Shown: positions 1 to 10,729 of the stretch, piece after piece
Layout: the number at the start of each line of letters is the position of its first letter
Position numbering within the stretch: the stretch's first letter is position 1
Source of the DNA: Ureaplasma parvum serovar 3 str. ATCC 27815
Lineage (GTDB): Bacteria > Bacillota_I > Bacilli_A > Mycoplasmatales > Mycoplasmoidaceae
Reading direction: 5' to 3'
Length of the DNA stretch: 32,000 nucleotides
NCBI RefSeq assembly: GCF_000019345.1
Contig: NC_010503.1
Location: forward strand, 450,001-482,000
Notes under the pieces: generated by a model
The model's database searches: none
Told to the model about the DNA's origin: nothing
The model's input: only the letters and a program-made list of their open reading frames with translations
Translations under genes and position numbers: made by a program

Positions 1-525
1 AAAAAAGGTGGTGCTAATCGGTTAAATGTAGCGATTACAAGAGCAGCAGATAAAATGATTGTTGTTAAATCAATTAAAGCTGTGGATATGATGGTTAATA
101 TTAATAATGATAATATTAGGACTTTTAAAAATTTTATTGGTTATTGTGATGAAATTGTTCATTTGACTAATCAAAATAAATTTAATGATTGTAGTCATTT
201 TGATGAAGAATTTTTAACAAGTTTAGAAAAAACCATATTGAAAATTTTAAAAGATTATAAAAAAACAAATCAACAAATTTTATATAAACTAAAAATTGGT
301 AATTTTAAAATCACTTTTGCTTTATATAATGAAGAAAAACAAAAAATCGATTTACTTATTTTTATAGAAGAGTTTAATGAATGAAAATCATATAATCTTT
401 TAGAAATTTATGATCAATTTAACTTCTTAATGGATCGTGGTTATAAAACAATCGTTATTAATGATTATGAAATTTGTTTAAACTATAATCAAGTTAAAAA
501 TAATATTATTAAATTAATTGATTAA
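1..525 (+). CDS. Superfamily-1 (Upf1/DNA2-like, AAA_12 type) helicase, C-terminal part; 5' end is outside the window
   Basis: Frame 1 is open from nt 1. Translation begins KKGGANRLNVAITRAADKMIVV, the R-x-N-V-A-x-T-R-A signature near SF1 helicase motif VI. In-frame TGA at 382-384 is read as Trp; the real stop is TAA at 523-525. ORF-track entry 55..384 is an internal piece. Confidence 0.75.
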
Positions 526-585
526 TATATATTATTAAATTGTTAAAATTTATGAAATATTTATTATCTTTTCTGGAGGTTTAAT

Positions 586-1401
586 TTGAATTTAAAGTCA
601 TTTGAATTTTTAAAAGGTGATGCAATTGTTGATAACCAAATAAAAAAAGCTATTAATACTAGTTTGATTAAAGCATCATTTTCATGTGCAATTATGTGTA
701 TATTAGTTCTTATTTTTGGTTTTTTAATGCGAAAATATTTATTTTATTTTTCAGATGCATCTAGTTTAATTATTAGCTCTCGTTTGATTTTTCAAATAAT
801 TACAATCATTGTTGCTACTTTATCAATTGTCTATTTTATTGTTCATTTAATCATTTACTTTAGACAAAGAAATAATTTTTTAGCTCCTAAATTTGCATGA
901 TCAATCATATTGTATCTATTGGATGGTATTACAATGTGTTTTATGATTAGTTATGTAGCGGCGATTGTAGGATTAGATTTGACGTTAATAGCCATTGGAA
1001 TTAGTTTATCAATCATTGTCGCAATGGGAATACTAGGTTTTATTATGAATCATAAAATTGCTTTTAAATTAGGCATTGCTAATATCGTTTTATTTACTAT
1101 TGCTACAATTGGTTCAATTATTTTATTGATTGTATTTTTTACAACGAGATATAACCATACTGGTTTTAACAAAGGTGTTATTATTGCTGACATTGTATTA
1201 AGTATTATTTGATTGCTCGCTTTAAGTATTGGTTTTGCTTCGACGATTTACATTATTAAAGTAATGGCCGAACATCATAATTTAGATAATAAAAAAATAA
1301 TGCGTGATTTTACAACTTGAAATAGTTATTTACTATTTGCTTCATTCAATCGTATTTTATTATATGTAATTCGTTTGTTTTTATTGTTTAAAAGAGTATA
1401 A
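586..1401 (+). CDS. Polytopic membrane protein, 271 aa (weak resemblance to BI-1/YccA-type 7-TM proteins; function not established)
   Basis: TTG start 6 nt after GGAGG (575-579). Track ORFs 586..900 and 910..1212 share a frame and are joined by TGA codons at 898, 1210 and 1318; stop is TAA at 1399-1401. About 7 hydrophobic segments. The C-terminal WNSYLLFASFNRILLYVIRLF loosely recalls the BI-1 family C-terminus. Confidence 0.8.
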
Positions 1402-1405
1402 ATAT

Positions 1406-1432
1406 AACAGGTTTGTTTAAACCTGTTTTTTT
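1406..1432 (+). terminator. Rho-independent terminator
   Basis: aacaggttt (1406-1414) pairs perfectly with aaacctgtt (1419-1427) around a 4-nt loop, followed by a T-run, 5 nt after the stop codon. Confidence 0.8.
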
Positions 1433-1451
1433 ATGACAATACATTTATTTT

Positions 1452-1487
1452 TTAGCACTCATTATTTTAAAGTGCTAAAATTATAAT
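1452..1487 (+). promoter_or_regulatory. CIRCE (HrcA operator) followed directly by a TATAAT -10 box, upstream of clpB
   Basis: TTAGCACTC-N9-aAGTGCTAA at 1452-1478, against consensus TTAGCACTC-N9-GAGTGCTAA (one mismatch). TATAAT at 1482-1487. AGGTGA RBS precedes the ATG at 1508. Confidence 0.85.
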
Positions 1488-1507
1488 AGTAAAGTAGGTG
1501 ATTATTT

Positions 1508-3622
1508 ATGGAATTTAAACAAAAAAACTCAAACAATCCATTAGAGGAATTTGGACGTAATTTAAATAAGGAAATTTTAGATAATAAAATTGACCCCATT
1601 ATCGGTCGAGATGAAGAAATTAGAAGAACCATTGAAATTCTAAGTCGTAAAACTAAGAATAATCCTGTCTTAATTGGTGAACCTGGTGTTGGTAAAACAG
1701 CAATTGTTGAGGGGCTTGCATACCGAATTGTTCATAAAGATGTTCCTTCAAACTTATTAGATAAAACAATTATTGAATTATCATTATCATCTTTAATTGC
1801 AGGCGCTAGTTATCAAGGCCAGTTTGAGGAACGAATTAATAGTATTTTAAAAGAAGTCAAAAAAGCAGATGGTAATATCATTTTGTTTATTGATGAAATA
1901 CATCAAATTGTTGGTATGGGTAGAAATCAAGGTTCAAATATGGATGTTGCTAATATTTTAAAACCAATGATGGCAAGAGGAGAAATCAAATTAATTGGCG
2001 CCACAACGCTTGATGAGTATCGTTTATATATTGAAAAAGATCAGGCATTAGAACGTCGTTTTACAAAAGTTTTAGTTAACAAACCAACAATTCAAGAAAC
2101 TTTAACAATAATGCGAGGTTTAAAGCCACGGTGAGAAGCCTTTCATGGGATTAAAATCCATGATAATGCATTAATTGCTGCTGTTAATTTATCTGAACGT
2201 TACATAAATGATCGTAATTTGCCAGATAAAGCTATTGATTTAATTGATGAAGCAGCTGCAAAGATTAAAACGCAAATTAATTCACAACCAATATATTTAG
2301 ATGAAATTAAACGTGATTTACAACATTTACAAACTGAAAAAGCCGCTTTAGAACCAGAAAAAGATGAAAAATCAATTAAACGTTTAAATGAAATTTTAGA
2401 AAAAATTAAATTAAAACAAGATGAATTTAACAATTTAAATGATTTGTATTTAAAAGAAAAAAAGCAAATTGACGATTTAAAAAATTTACGGCAAAAAATT
2501 GAAAGAATTCAACATGATATTGAATTTTATCAATCTGAGGGTAAGTATGAAAAAGCATCAAGATTACTTTATTCAGATTTACCATTATTTGAAAAACAAC
2601 GAGAAGAATTAGAAAATAAAATTAATGAGAATAATAATCAAAAAATGATTATTGATTCATTAACAGAGAATGAAATTGCTGATGTTATTGCGCGTGCTAC
2701 AGGAATTCCATTAAGTCATTTATTAGCTGATGAAAAAACAAAATTATTATCGCTAAACAAACGAATTGCTAGTCATGTTATTGGTCAAGATGAAGCAGTT
2801 AAATTAATAAGTGATGCGGTAATCCGTGGTCGTGCAGGTATTAATAATCCTAACCAACCTATTGGTTCTTTCTTATTTTTAGGACCTACGGGCGTTGGTA
2901 AAACAGAATTAGCAAAAACTTTAGCAAAAGAATTGTTCAATTCAGAAAAAGCCTTAATTAGATTTGATATGAGTGAATATATGGAAAAACATAGTGTATC
3001 AAAATTAGTTGGTGCTCCACCTGGTTATATTGGTTATGAAAATGCTGGAGTTTTAACTGAATCTGTTAAACGCAAACCATATAGTATTTTGTTATTTGAT
3101 GAAATTGAAAAAGCACACCCTGATATTTTAAATATTTTATTACAAATATTGGATGAAGGTAGCATTAAGGATGCTAAAAATAATGAAATTAATTTTAAAA
3201 ATACAATTATTATTATGACATCTAATATTGGAGCAGAAGCTTTATTAGAAAATAATAAAACAAAGGCATTACTTGATTTACAAAAAACTTTTAAACCAGA
3301 AATTTTAAACCGAATTTCTGAAATTATTTTCTTTAATAAGTTATCAAAAGAAATCATTTTTAAGATTAGTGAAAATTTACTTAAAGAATTAGAAAATTTA
3401 TTAGCTAAGCAAGATTATTTAATTAAATTTGATGATAATATTGCTCAAATCATGGTTGAAGATGCTTATAGTTCAAATTATGGTGCAAGACCTTTAAAAC
3501 GATGAATTACAAAACATTTAGAAAATGAAATTGCTAAATTAATAATTGAAAATCGTATTACAAAAAACATAAATTATAAAATAAATTATGATCGTGAACT
3601 AGATCAAGTTTTAATTAAATAA
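1508..3622 (+). CDS. clpB: ClpB chaperone (AAA+ disaggregase), 704 aa, short form lacking the N-terminal domain
   Basis: Track ORFs 1508..2134 and 2219..3505 share a frame and are joined through TGA at 2132 and 3503; stop is TAA at 3620-3622. Two Walker A motifs ([16 protein letters not shown]), [12 protein letters not shown], a long coiled-coil middle domain and a C-terminal GARPLKR. Confidence 0.97.
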
Positions 3623-3626
3623 TAAT

Positions 3627-3658
3627 AAAAATCACCAACAATAAAATGGTGGTTTTTT
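3627..3658 (+). terminator. Rho-independent terminator of clpB
   Basis: aaaaatcacca (3627-3637) pairs with tggtggttttt (3647-3657) with one G-U pair; T-run at 3653-3658. Confidence 0.7.
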
Positions 3659-3775
3659 ATTCCAAATATTTAATTAAAACCTTTTTTTAGTAATATAAAG
3701 TAAAAAAGATTATTTTTATTAATTAGTATTATTCTTATAATTATTATTAAATTTTTAGAAAGATAGACATTAGCA

Positions 3776-5560
3776 ATGTTAAAAAATTATTTTCAATCAA
3801 GTTGATTATATACAACCTTTTTATCACGTTTGGTACTTTTTAAAAAAAGCACATATTTTTTAGTAGGAATTAGCTTATTTGTTAATTTAATTTTTATAAT
3901 TATAAATGGTTTAAATATTGCTAATAATATAAAAACGTATTTGATTTTATTTTATCTTTTTACTAGTATTAATTCACTTTTAACAATAGTCTTTAGCACT
4001 ATTAAAGCTATTAATTTATTCAAAGATTTAAAGGATGAAGGAATTGAAATTTTAGTCTTTTCAAAAAGTATTTCACGTAAAAACATTATTTTTACTAAAA
4101 TAGGTTTTTTAATATTAAATATTGTTTTTTGAAGTTTAATAACTTATATTTTAAATATTATTTTTTACGTAGTAAATATAAAGAATAATAACGGTATTAA
4201 TTTTTTTTATTTATATGCTTTTTTTAATTATTATTTCTGTGGATTAATTTTTGCTAGTATTGCTGCTTTAATTGTTAGTCGTTGATCAAATAAAGTTGCT
4301 ATGATTATTCCAATTAGTTGTTTTCTCCCCTTTTTAATTGCTGGTGGTGTTGCTAATTTGTATTCAACATCTAAAATTAATCAAGTAGCCAAATACATGA
4401 ATATTAATTATGATAAATATGATAGTAATACAATTTTAGATGTAGAAAAATTTTATTTAAATAATCATAATGATGAAGTTTATTTAATCACTAAAAATTT
4501 AAATAATCCACAATTTAGTAAACGTCAGAATTATTTTTTGAAAGCAGCGTTTGATCACGCAAAAAATGCATCGACATTTTTTCATGTCTTATCTTGATTA
4601 TCTGTTCCTTATCAATTAAATAATAGTTTTTATAAGAATGATATTGATCCTTTTAGTGTTAATAGCCAACACGAAAATTATTTAGATAAATATTTTAATT
4701 ATCATGGTTTAGAATCAAAATTATATGATTATAAACTTAACAAACACCCTCATTTACCACAATTTAATATTAATGAAAATCAAAAAGAATATTTTGTTCC
4801 TGGAGCTTTAAAAAATACGAGTCAATTCCCAACACTTGAGAATCGTAATTTAATTTATGCGAGAGAAAATGTAGATCGTTTTGACGTTAATTTCATTGAG
4901 GATGATAATTTATTTTCATCAACTAATGATTTTGTTGGTGAATTAAAATGAGCGGTTATTAGAAATACATTAGAATCAAAAGTTTTCAATAACTTTGCCA
5001 AAAAATTTTATGATAATTTTGATGAAGATATTGATAAACCACAAATTATTGCTGCTTATAATGATGTAATTAATGAACAATCATCAATAAATTTTTCAAC
5101 AATCGTTGATGAAAATAGTATTCTATTTGCTAAAAAGATAAATAATTATTATGTTAAAAATCTTGTTGAAAAGAAAATTTATTTCATTGTAGCTTTAATG
5201 TATTATTTATATTTTAATGAGGAACGTTGAAATCTTTTAGAAAAATTATTAAAAAACGATAAAGTTATTAATTTTTATCGTCCATCATCAATAAGAATCA
5301 ATGTAAATAATTATGCATATGATATTGGAGGGATTGGAAGTTATGAATTAATGAAAAAAGTAGTTAATAACAAAACTTTATATCGTTACCAACTACAAAA
5401 AAGTAATAATTATGTTTTTCAAACAGCAAAAGAAGTTTATTCTATTAAACGTGCTGATCAAATTGTTAATAAAAATTATTATTGATTAATTTGAATTTTA
5501 TTTAGTACGATTTTAATTATAAGCTTGGCTTTAATTTATTTAAAACGAGATTATAAATAA
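3776..5560 (+). CDS. Large membrane protein, 594 aa: N-terminal multi-TM region, large hydrophilic domain, C-terminal TM. Function unknown.
   Basis: ATG at 3776. Frame 2 was checked codon by codon to TAA at 5558-5560. In-frame TGA at 3803, 4130, 4283, 4595, 4949, 5228, 5483 and 5492. Track ORFs 3830..4132 and 4301..4597 are fragments, and the 3' 960 nt is absent from the track. Confidence 0.85.
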
Positions 5561-5589
5561 TTATAATTACTTACTAAAACTTAGTTTAT

Positions 5590-5937
5590 TTAGTTCATAT
5601 TATTAATTAAACCTACTACAGAAGCAACTATATAAGTTTCTGTGTATGAAATTGAAAGTTCTAACTCTTTTATTAAAATTTTATTAAGATAAACTTGGCG
5701 TTGATTCTCTGTTTTCAGAATTAAAATATCTCCATATCCATATTTTAATTTTAAAGCTTTCATAACTGCTTCTTTACAGGCAAAAACGCTTGCAAGATAG
5801 CGTTTTTTTTCCCTTGATGAATTAAGTTGAAAATAGTATTCTAATTCATTATCAATTAAAATCCGTTTTGCAAATAAAGGATTATTTAATTCTTCACGAT
5901 TTCATTCAATAATATCAATTCCATGAACTAATTTCAT
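5590..5937 (-). CDS. acpS: Holo-[acyl-carrier-protein] synthase (4'-phosphopantetheinyl transferase)
   Basis: Not in the ORF track because of an in-frame TGA. Translation is MKLVHGIDIIEWNREEL...FACKEAVMKAL...ISYTETYIVASVV. This matches AcpS motifs GxDxxE, FAxKEAxxKA and a C-terminal IS(H/Y)T. 115 aa; phase checked from ATG 5937 to TAA 5590-5592. Confidence 0.85.
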
Positions 5938-5941
5938 TTTT

Positions 5942-6241
5942 TTATTTCCTTACCGGACGTTTCTCTCAAACATCAAAAGTGCTTTTTTTATCAACAACTT
6001 TTTCTAAAAGATCAATAAAATTATTTAGTGATGTTGTGTATTCACGTTCTTTTTCGAATTTTCTTTTATATTCATTAAGTTCTTCTATTTTTAATATTGC
6101 ATTTTTATGTTCATTTATAAATATTTCTAATTCATTAATTAATTCGTCTAAAAAAACATCTACACTTTCAGGATCGTAACCAACTTTGTTAGCAACAAAT
6201 TTTTTATTTTTATACTCATTAATTTTATTATCATTTACCAT
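5942..6241 (-). CDS. DivIVA-domain protein (DivIVA/GpsB-like), 99 aa
   Basis: N-terminal FVANKVGYDPESVDVFLDELINEL matches the DivIVA motif F-x4-GYD-x2-EVD-x-FLD, followed by a coiled-coil. ATG at 6241 sits behind AGGTG (the track starts at an upstream GTG 6247). TGA at 5966-5968 is read as Trp; stop is TAA at 5942-5944, 4 nt before the acpS ATG. Confidence 0.8.
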
Positions 6242-6291
6242 GCACACACCTATTGATTTAAATTATCTTCTCTACTAGTTTAAATTATAAC

Positions 6292-6573
6292 TTAAGAATT
6301 TAAATAATAAATATTCATATAGGGAATTTTAGGACCAACTATTGTACTCATATCTACATTAATTGTTTCTATTTTAATCGAATCTATATCTTGTGAATCG
6401 TGGTTTTGTTGTGATGAACTAGCCATTACAATATTTGTTATGCCTCCAATCATAGAAATAGCTGTATTAGCAATAATTGTCCCAAATAACATTTTATTTC
6501 AAAAACCTAATGCTCCAGAAACAAGTGGCATAAATCCTCCATAAATCATGTTTTTATTAATTATTCTTTGCAT
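6292..6573 (-). CDS. Small hydrophobic Gly-rich protein B, 93 aa, paralogue of the upstream ORF
   Basis: ATG at 6573. Extends track ORF 6292..6492 upstream through a TGA. Sequence starts MQRIINKNMIYGGFMPLVSGALGFWNKMLFGTIIANTAISMIGGITNIV... and has one or two predicted TM segments. Confidence 0.7.
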
Positions 6574-6574
6574 A

Positions 6575-6853
6575 TTAAAAAAATGGAGTTCCTAAACTAA
6601 TCGTTGAATTCATTGGTTTTTGTGCGATTCTTGCATAAGTGCGAGCAACAGAGTTATCGATCATTTGTTGAGGATTAAATTTTGGTTGAGGGTTAAAAGC
6701 ATAAACTAATTGTGAAATCATTCCTAAGAATCCAACAACTGTTTGACCTAACATTGATGAAATTAAAGCGTTATTTCACATATAATTAAAAGAGTTAGAA
6801 GTTGAAAAACCACCATAATAAACTTTTTTAAAATTATCAGATATTTTTTGCAT
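6575..6853 (-). CDS. Small hydrophobic Gly-rich protein A, 92 aa
   Basis: Not in the ORF track (in-frame TGA). ATG at 6853 behind AAGGA; phase checked to TAA at 6575-6577, which is 1 nt before the ATG of protein B. Sequence starts MQKISDNFKKVYYGGFSTSNSFNYMWNNALISSMLGQTVVGFLGMISQLV... Confidence 0.65.
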
Positions 6854-6902
6854 ATTGTTAATTCCTTTCTTACATTAAAAGAATTAGTTAAAAAAGAAGA
6901 TT

Positions 6903-7853
6903 TTATTTATTTTTAATAATTTGTTGAAAGTTACTAAAGTGTTCTTTAGCGACTTGTTTTAAAATTTTTAAGCCAAATTTTTGAAAAATATTACTAGCGA
7001 CGTCATTAACTAAAGGATTTGAACTTCCTAACGGGATTTTAACGTTAAATTGTTCTTCAATAATTGCAATCATTTTTAAAAACATAACACGTGCAATTAT
7101 TGACGCCAAAGCTACACTTGTATAAATTGATTCGGCTTTAGGGATTAATAAGTTTGGTTCATAAGGTTGAAAATTGACTTTTTGTAAATATTGATTTCAG
7201 TTTTTTAATGAACTAAAAGCATCAACAACACTAAAAATTGAATATTTAGCGTGTTTGTGAATTTCACTTTGTAATGCTTTATAATGTAAAATAGTTTTAA
7301 GAATATGTGCATTATTGTATTCTTTAATTAATTCATTGTATTCTTTAGGATTATAAGAAACAATTGTATATGAAATCTGATTTTTAATTTGTTGATATAT
7401 TTCTTGCATTTGCTGATCATTGAGTTTTTTAGAATCTATGATTTTTAAATGATTTATTTTTTTAAAATCACTTTTTTTTAAACTCACTGCGCAAACAACT
7501 ATACCTCCAAATAAATCGCCAACTCCAACCTCATCAGACCCAATAATTACTTGGGCACTTTCATAAATTTCTGATTGGCTCATAACATTTTGATTATTTT
7601 TTTTAGTGTTTACTTGTTGTTTTATAACATTAAATAGTGTTAAATCTTCTCTTTTTAAAAATGTGTTTAAAAAAGAATTTATATCATGAGTATTAATAGT
7701 ACATGTGTTAGTATTGTAAATAATGATTAAAGTACCATCGATCTTAAAAGTATATTTAGCATAATTATGGTTGTTATGTACTAAATATGGTCTTCATAGA
7801 ATTAAGAATTTATCAACTTGATTAGATGTTAATTTAACAGAAACAATTGCCAT
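6903..7853 (-). CDS. rnhC: Ribonuclease HIII
   Basis: ATG at 7853. Track ORFs 7197..7583 and 6903..7109 are in the same frame, joined by TGA. A 90-aa N-terminal extension typical of RNase HIII precedes [13 protein letters not shown] and DSKKL catalytic-core motifs. 316 aa. Confidence 0.85.
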
Positions 7854-7952
7854 AAAAAACCTTTTATTAATGTCTTATAATAAAATTATAAGTTTAAACG
7901 TATTTATATTGTTTATAATTAATTAAATTAGTTTAATACTAGGAGTTCGATT

Positions 7953-8558
7953 ATGAAATTTAAGAAGTTTGATAGTAAAAAATCGATTTTACGTTTTTTA
8001 CAAGTTGATGAAACAAAACGTGAAATTAATTTGTCTTTTAATGACACAACTGATTTTATTTTTTTTCTAAAAGAAATTGCTGAAGATCCTAATATTGCTA
8101 AAAAGAATGCTAAAAAATTAACTAGCTTATACATTGAAATTAGTAATAAACTGGGTAATGATGACAACACTGATTTAAGCGTTTATGAAACAAAATGTAA
8201 TAATTTAATTGAAGCCTGTGTTATTGATGAAGCAATCTATTTAGTTAATATGGCAAAGAACATAGTCATTTTCTTAGCTCATAACAAACTTGATCTTTTA
8301 CAAAAAGATTTTTTTGATAAATTATTATTAATAGAATCGCATTTTAATTTTGATCAAAATCTTACTTATTCATATATTAAAAACTCATCAATTGCGTTAT
8401 TGATATTTCATTTAAAGCAATTTATTAACATTTATGATGAATTTTTAAACAATTTTGAAAATGTTATTAATCATAGTTTAGAAAATTCAATTTCAACTAA
8501 AAATAAATTAACCCAACAAATCAATCATTTTAATACTATAAAACGTCGTCCTTCATAA
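7953..8558 (+). CDS. Hypothetical cytoplasmic protein, 201 aa
   Basis: Intact ORF with an AGGAG RBS (7940-7944) 8 nt upstream. TATAAT at 7914-7919. I recognise no motif. Confidence 0.7.
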   Translation: MKFKKFDSKKSILRFLQVDETKREINLSFNDTTDFIFFLKEIAEDPNIAKKNAKKLTSLYIEISNKLGNDDNTDLSVYETKCNNLIEACVIDEAIYLVNMAKNIVIFLAHNKLDLLQKDFFDKLLLIESHFNFDQNLTYSYIKNSSIALLIFHLKQFINIYDEFLNNFENVINHSLENSISTKNKLTQQINHFNTIKRRPS

Positions 8559-8590
8559 TAAAACAAATAATTAAGATACAGTTGCATTAT

Positions 8591-8627
8591 AAAAACCCTT
8601 GGATTCATAAATAATCTAAGGGTTTTT
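8591..8627. terminator. Bidirectional rho-independent terminator between convergent genes
   Basis: aaaaacccttggatt pairs with aatctaagggttttt (15 bp, one G-U). An A-run on the left and a T-run on the right allow termination from both strands. Confidence 0.8.
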
Positions 8628-8650
8628 ATAATTTGATATTCTTTTGTATG

Positions 8651-9697
8651 TTATGATCTTAAAACTTTATAAATGAAATATGGACCAATTAATAATGGTA
8701 ATATAGCACCAACGTGATAAACACTCATTCCGATCAATGAAATACCAATTCAATAAGTAATTAATGTTGACAACATTCCATATATCCCTGAATTTAATAT
8801 TCCGTATGTGAAACTATTATTACGACGACGCATTGCTGCATTACCCGCTAATAGACCAACATAAACAAAATCGCCTGATATTGAATAACTTGCACCTACC
8901 ATTATACCAACAAAGATTAGAGCAATAAAAATTTGAAAATTAATTTTTATTCCTAATTGTTTTGCTACTTGTTGGTTAGTAGCAATAATGTTTAGTTTGT
9001 ATGAGTTAAATAATAATCATAATAAGCCTAAAATAACAAAGCTTGCTGCAATAATTAATGAATTTAATGGTGCTTTTTGTACTGACCCTACAATATGGCC
9101 AACAACATAATCATTAGCGTGATAATTTAATCAACCACGAATACTTTGTGCAATTGCAATTAAAAAGAATGTTAAAATAACTCCTATTAAAATTAGTTTT
9201 TTGTAATTAAAGTTTTCTTTTTGACGTGAAACAAAGAAATATAAAACCATTAAACAACAACTCATAAACATAAAAATTCATGGTTCTTTTTTTTGTAAGA
9301 TGCTTAATTCGTTTGCACTTGTAAAATCAACTGGGATACTTAAAGCACATAATAAAATTAAATTAATTGTCCCAATACCCATTATTGATACATCTGCAAA
9401 ACGGTTTCGTGTGATGCGTTGTAAGACATAACTACTTACACCTAAAGCAACTCCAGTAATAATTAATTGTACAACCTCTTGTCATATTACTTTAGCTAAT
9501 TCACTAAAGCCTAACTTATTAGATAAGGTAACAGAAAAAATTAAAATAATGACAACTAATAAAGCAATCAATAAAGTTATTGTTATTAACAAAGGTTTAA
9601 AATGATATGGAATAAAACTTTTTTTATTTAATTCTAAGATGTGATTTTGTCCTAATATATTTTGTTTATCTTTAAAAAAATTAAATTTCATTTTCAT
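8651..9697 (-). CDS. ABC importer permease, FecCD/BtuC family (type II), 348 aa
   Basis: ATG at 9697; phase checked to TAA at 8651-8653 through many TGA codons (only 71 aa appear in the track). Contains ITGVALGVSSYVLQRITRNRFADVSIMGIGTIN, matching the FecCD signature G-x-x-L-x-x-x-G-x-x-x-Q-x-x-x-R-N-P-L-A-D. Confidence 0.88.
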
Positions 9698-9699
9698 AG

Positions 9700-10719
9700 T
9701 TATTCCACATTCCGACGGTATTGTTTTGAAACAAAAATATATGCAAAGACTGGTAAGGCAGCGATAGCTGAGAATAAATTAATATCAAATTGATTATAGA
9801 CATTAATTAATCAACGTGAAGATGTTAATAGTAATAATGAAATTACAAATGATAATAATAATTGTTTAAAACTATTGCCTTTTGGATTTAATATTCGTGC
9901 CACATGAGGCGCTATCATTCCTAATAGTGTTAAAACACCAATTAAAATGATGCTTGAAACAGTTGCGACAACTGCAAAAAAAGCTGTTAGCCAAAAAATC
10001 AAATTAACTTTAATTCCTAAAGATTTTGCTAATAAATAATCTTTAGCAATGATTGTATAATATGGCGCCATAAATAAATTTGCTAAACTAGAAATAATAA
10101 TTAATGGACCACCTATACATAATTGTTGTCATTGAAAATTAATTGGAGGTTCAACGAAACCTGTAATTTTAATGTTTATATCTTTTACAAGGTCTTCTAA
10201 TAATACATTAATACCAGTAATGATACCTCCAATTGCAAATCCTACTAAAATTGGTTTAAAACTTGCTTCTAAAGCATTTCCTTTTACCAAGAAAAAATTA
10301 ATTACAATTAGACATGAAGCAAAAACAATACCAATAATGAAAGGAAGATATAAAATTTGATTAATAGCAAGTTTACTAATTGCTAAACCTAAAATTGCAG
10401 CAGGTAAATATCCTAATGTAGTTGGTGAAGCTAGTGGGTTTCGTGAAACTACTTGCATACTGTACCCACTAAATGATAATGTTAATGCAGATAAAAAGAT
10501 TGCAATTGGAGTAGCAATAAATTTACGAATATAAGGGGCACTTCCCTCATTTATTTCTTCACCTACATTTTTAAAATTCATTAACTCTTTACCATCAAAA
10601 AGACAATAACAAATTAGCACACAAATACTTAAAATAATTAATAAAGATGTTATAAGTCTTCTAAAATGTGTTTTTCAATCTAATTTATTTTTAAATTTTA
10701 ATGATTTATTCTTAAACAT
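9700..10719 (-). CDS. ABC importer permease, FecCD/BtuC family (type II), 339 aa
   Basis: ATG at 10719. Track ORFs 10129..10620 and 9811..10071 are in frame and joined via TGA; stop is TAA at 9700-9702, 2 nt before the next ATG. Motifs SGYSMQVVSRNPLASPTTLG and GMIAPHVARIL match the FecCD core. Confidence 0.9.
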
Positions 10720-10729
10720 AAAAACTTAA

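Noticed and set aside
2200-3357. Track ORFs 2200..2433 (-) and 3034..3357 (-), antisense to clpB
   Set aside because: They lie entirely inside the well-supported clpB frame. Their low-complexity Ser/Phe/Lys-rich translations are typical of antisense reading of AT-rich coding DNA, and they have no RBS.
5979-6179. Track ORF 5979..6179 (+)
   Set aside because: Antisense to the DivIVA-domain gene, with a low-complexity Ser/Phe-rich product.
6529-6543. YGGFM (Met-enkephalin sequence) in small protein B, and YGGF in protein A
   Set aside because: A short motif inside a hydrophobic bacterial protein with no processing sites. I treat it as coincidence and use it only as a paralogy marker.
7928-8170. 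Track ORF 7928..8170 (-)
   Set aside because: Antisense to the 7953..8558 ORF, which has a proper AGGAG RBS. No start context.
10172-10360. Track ORF 10172..10360 (+)
   Set aside because: Antisense to the FecCD permease gene.
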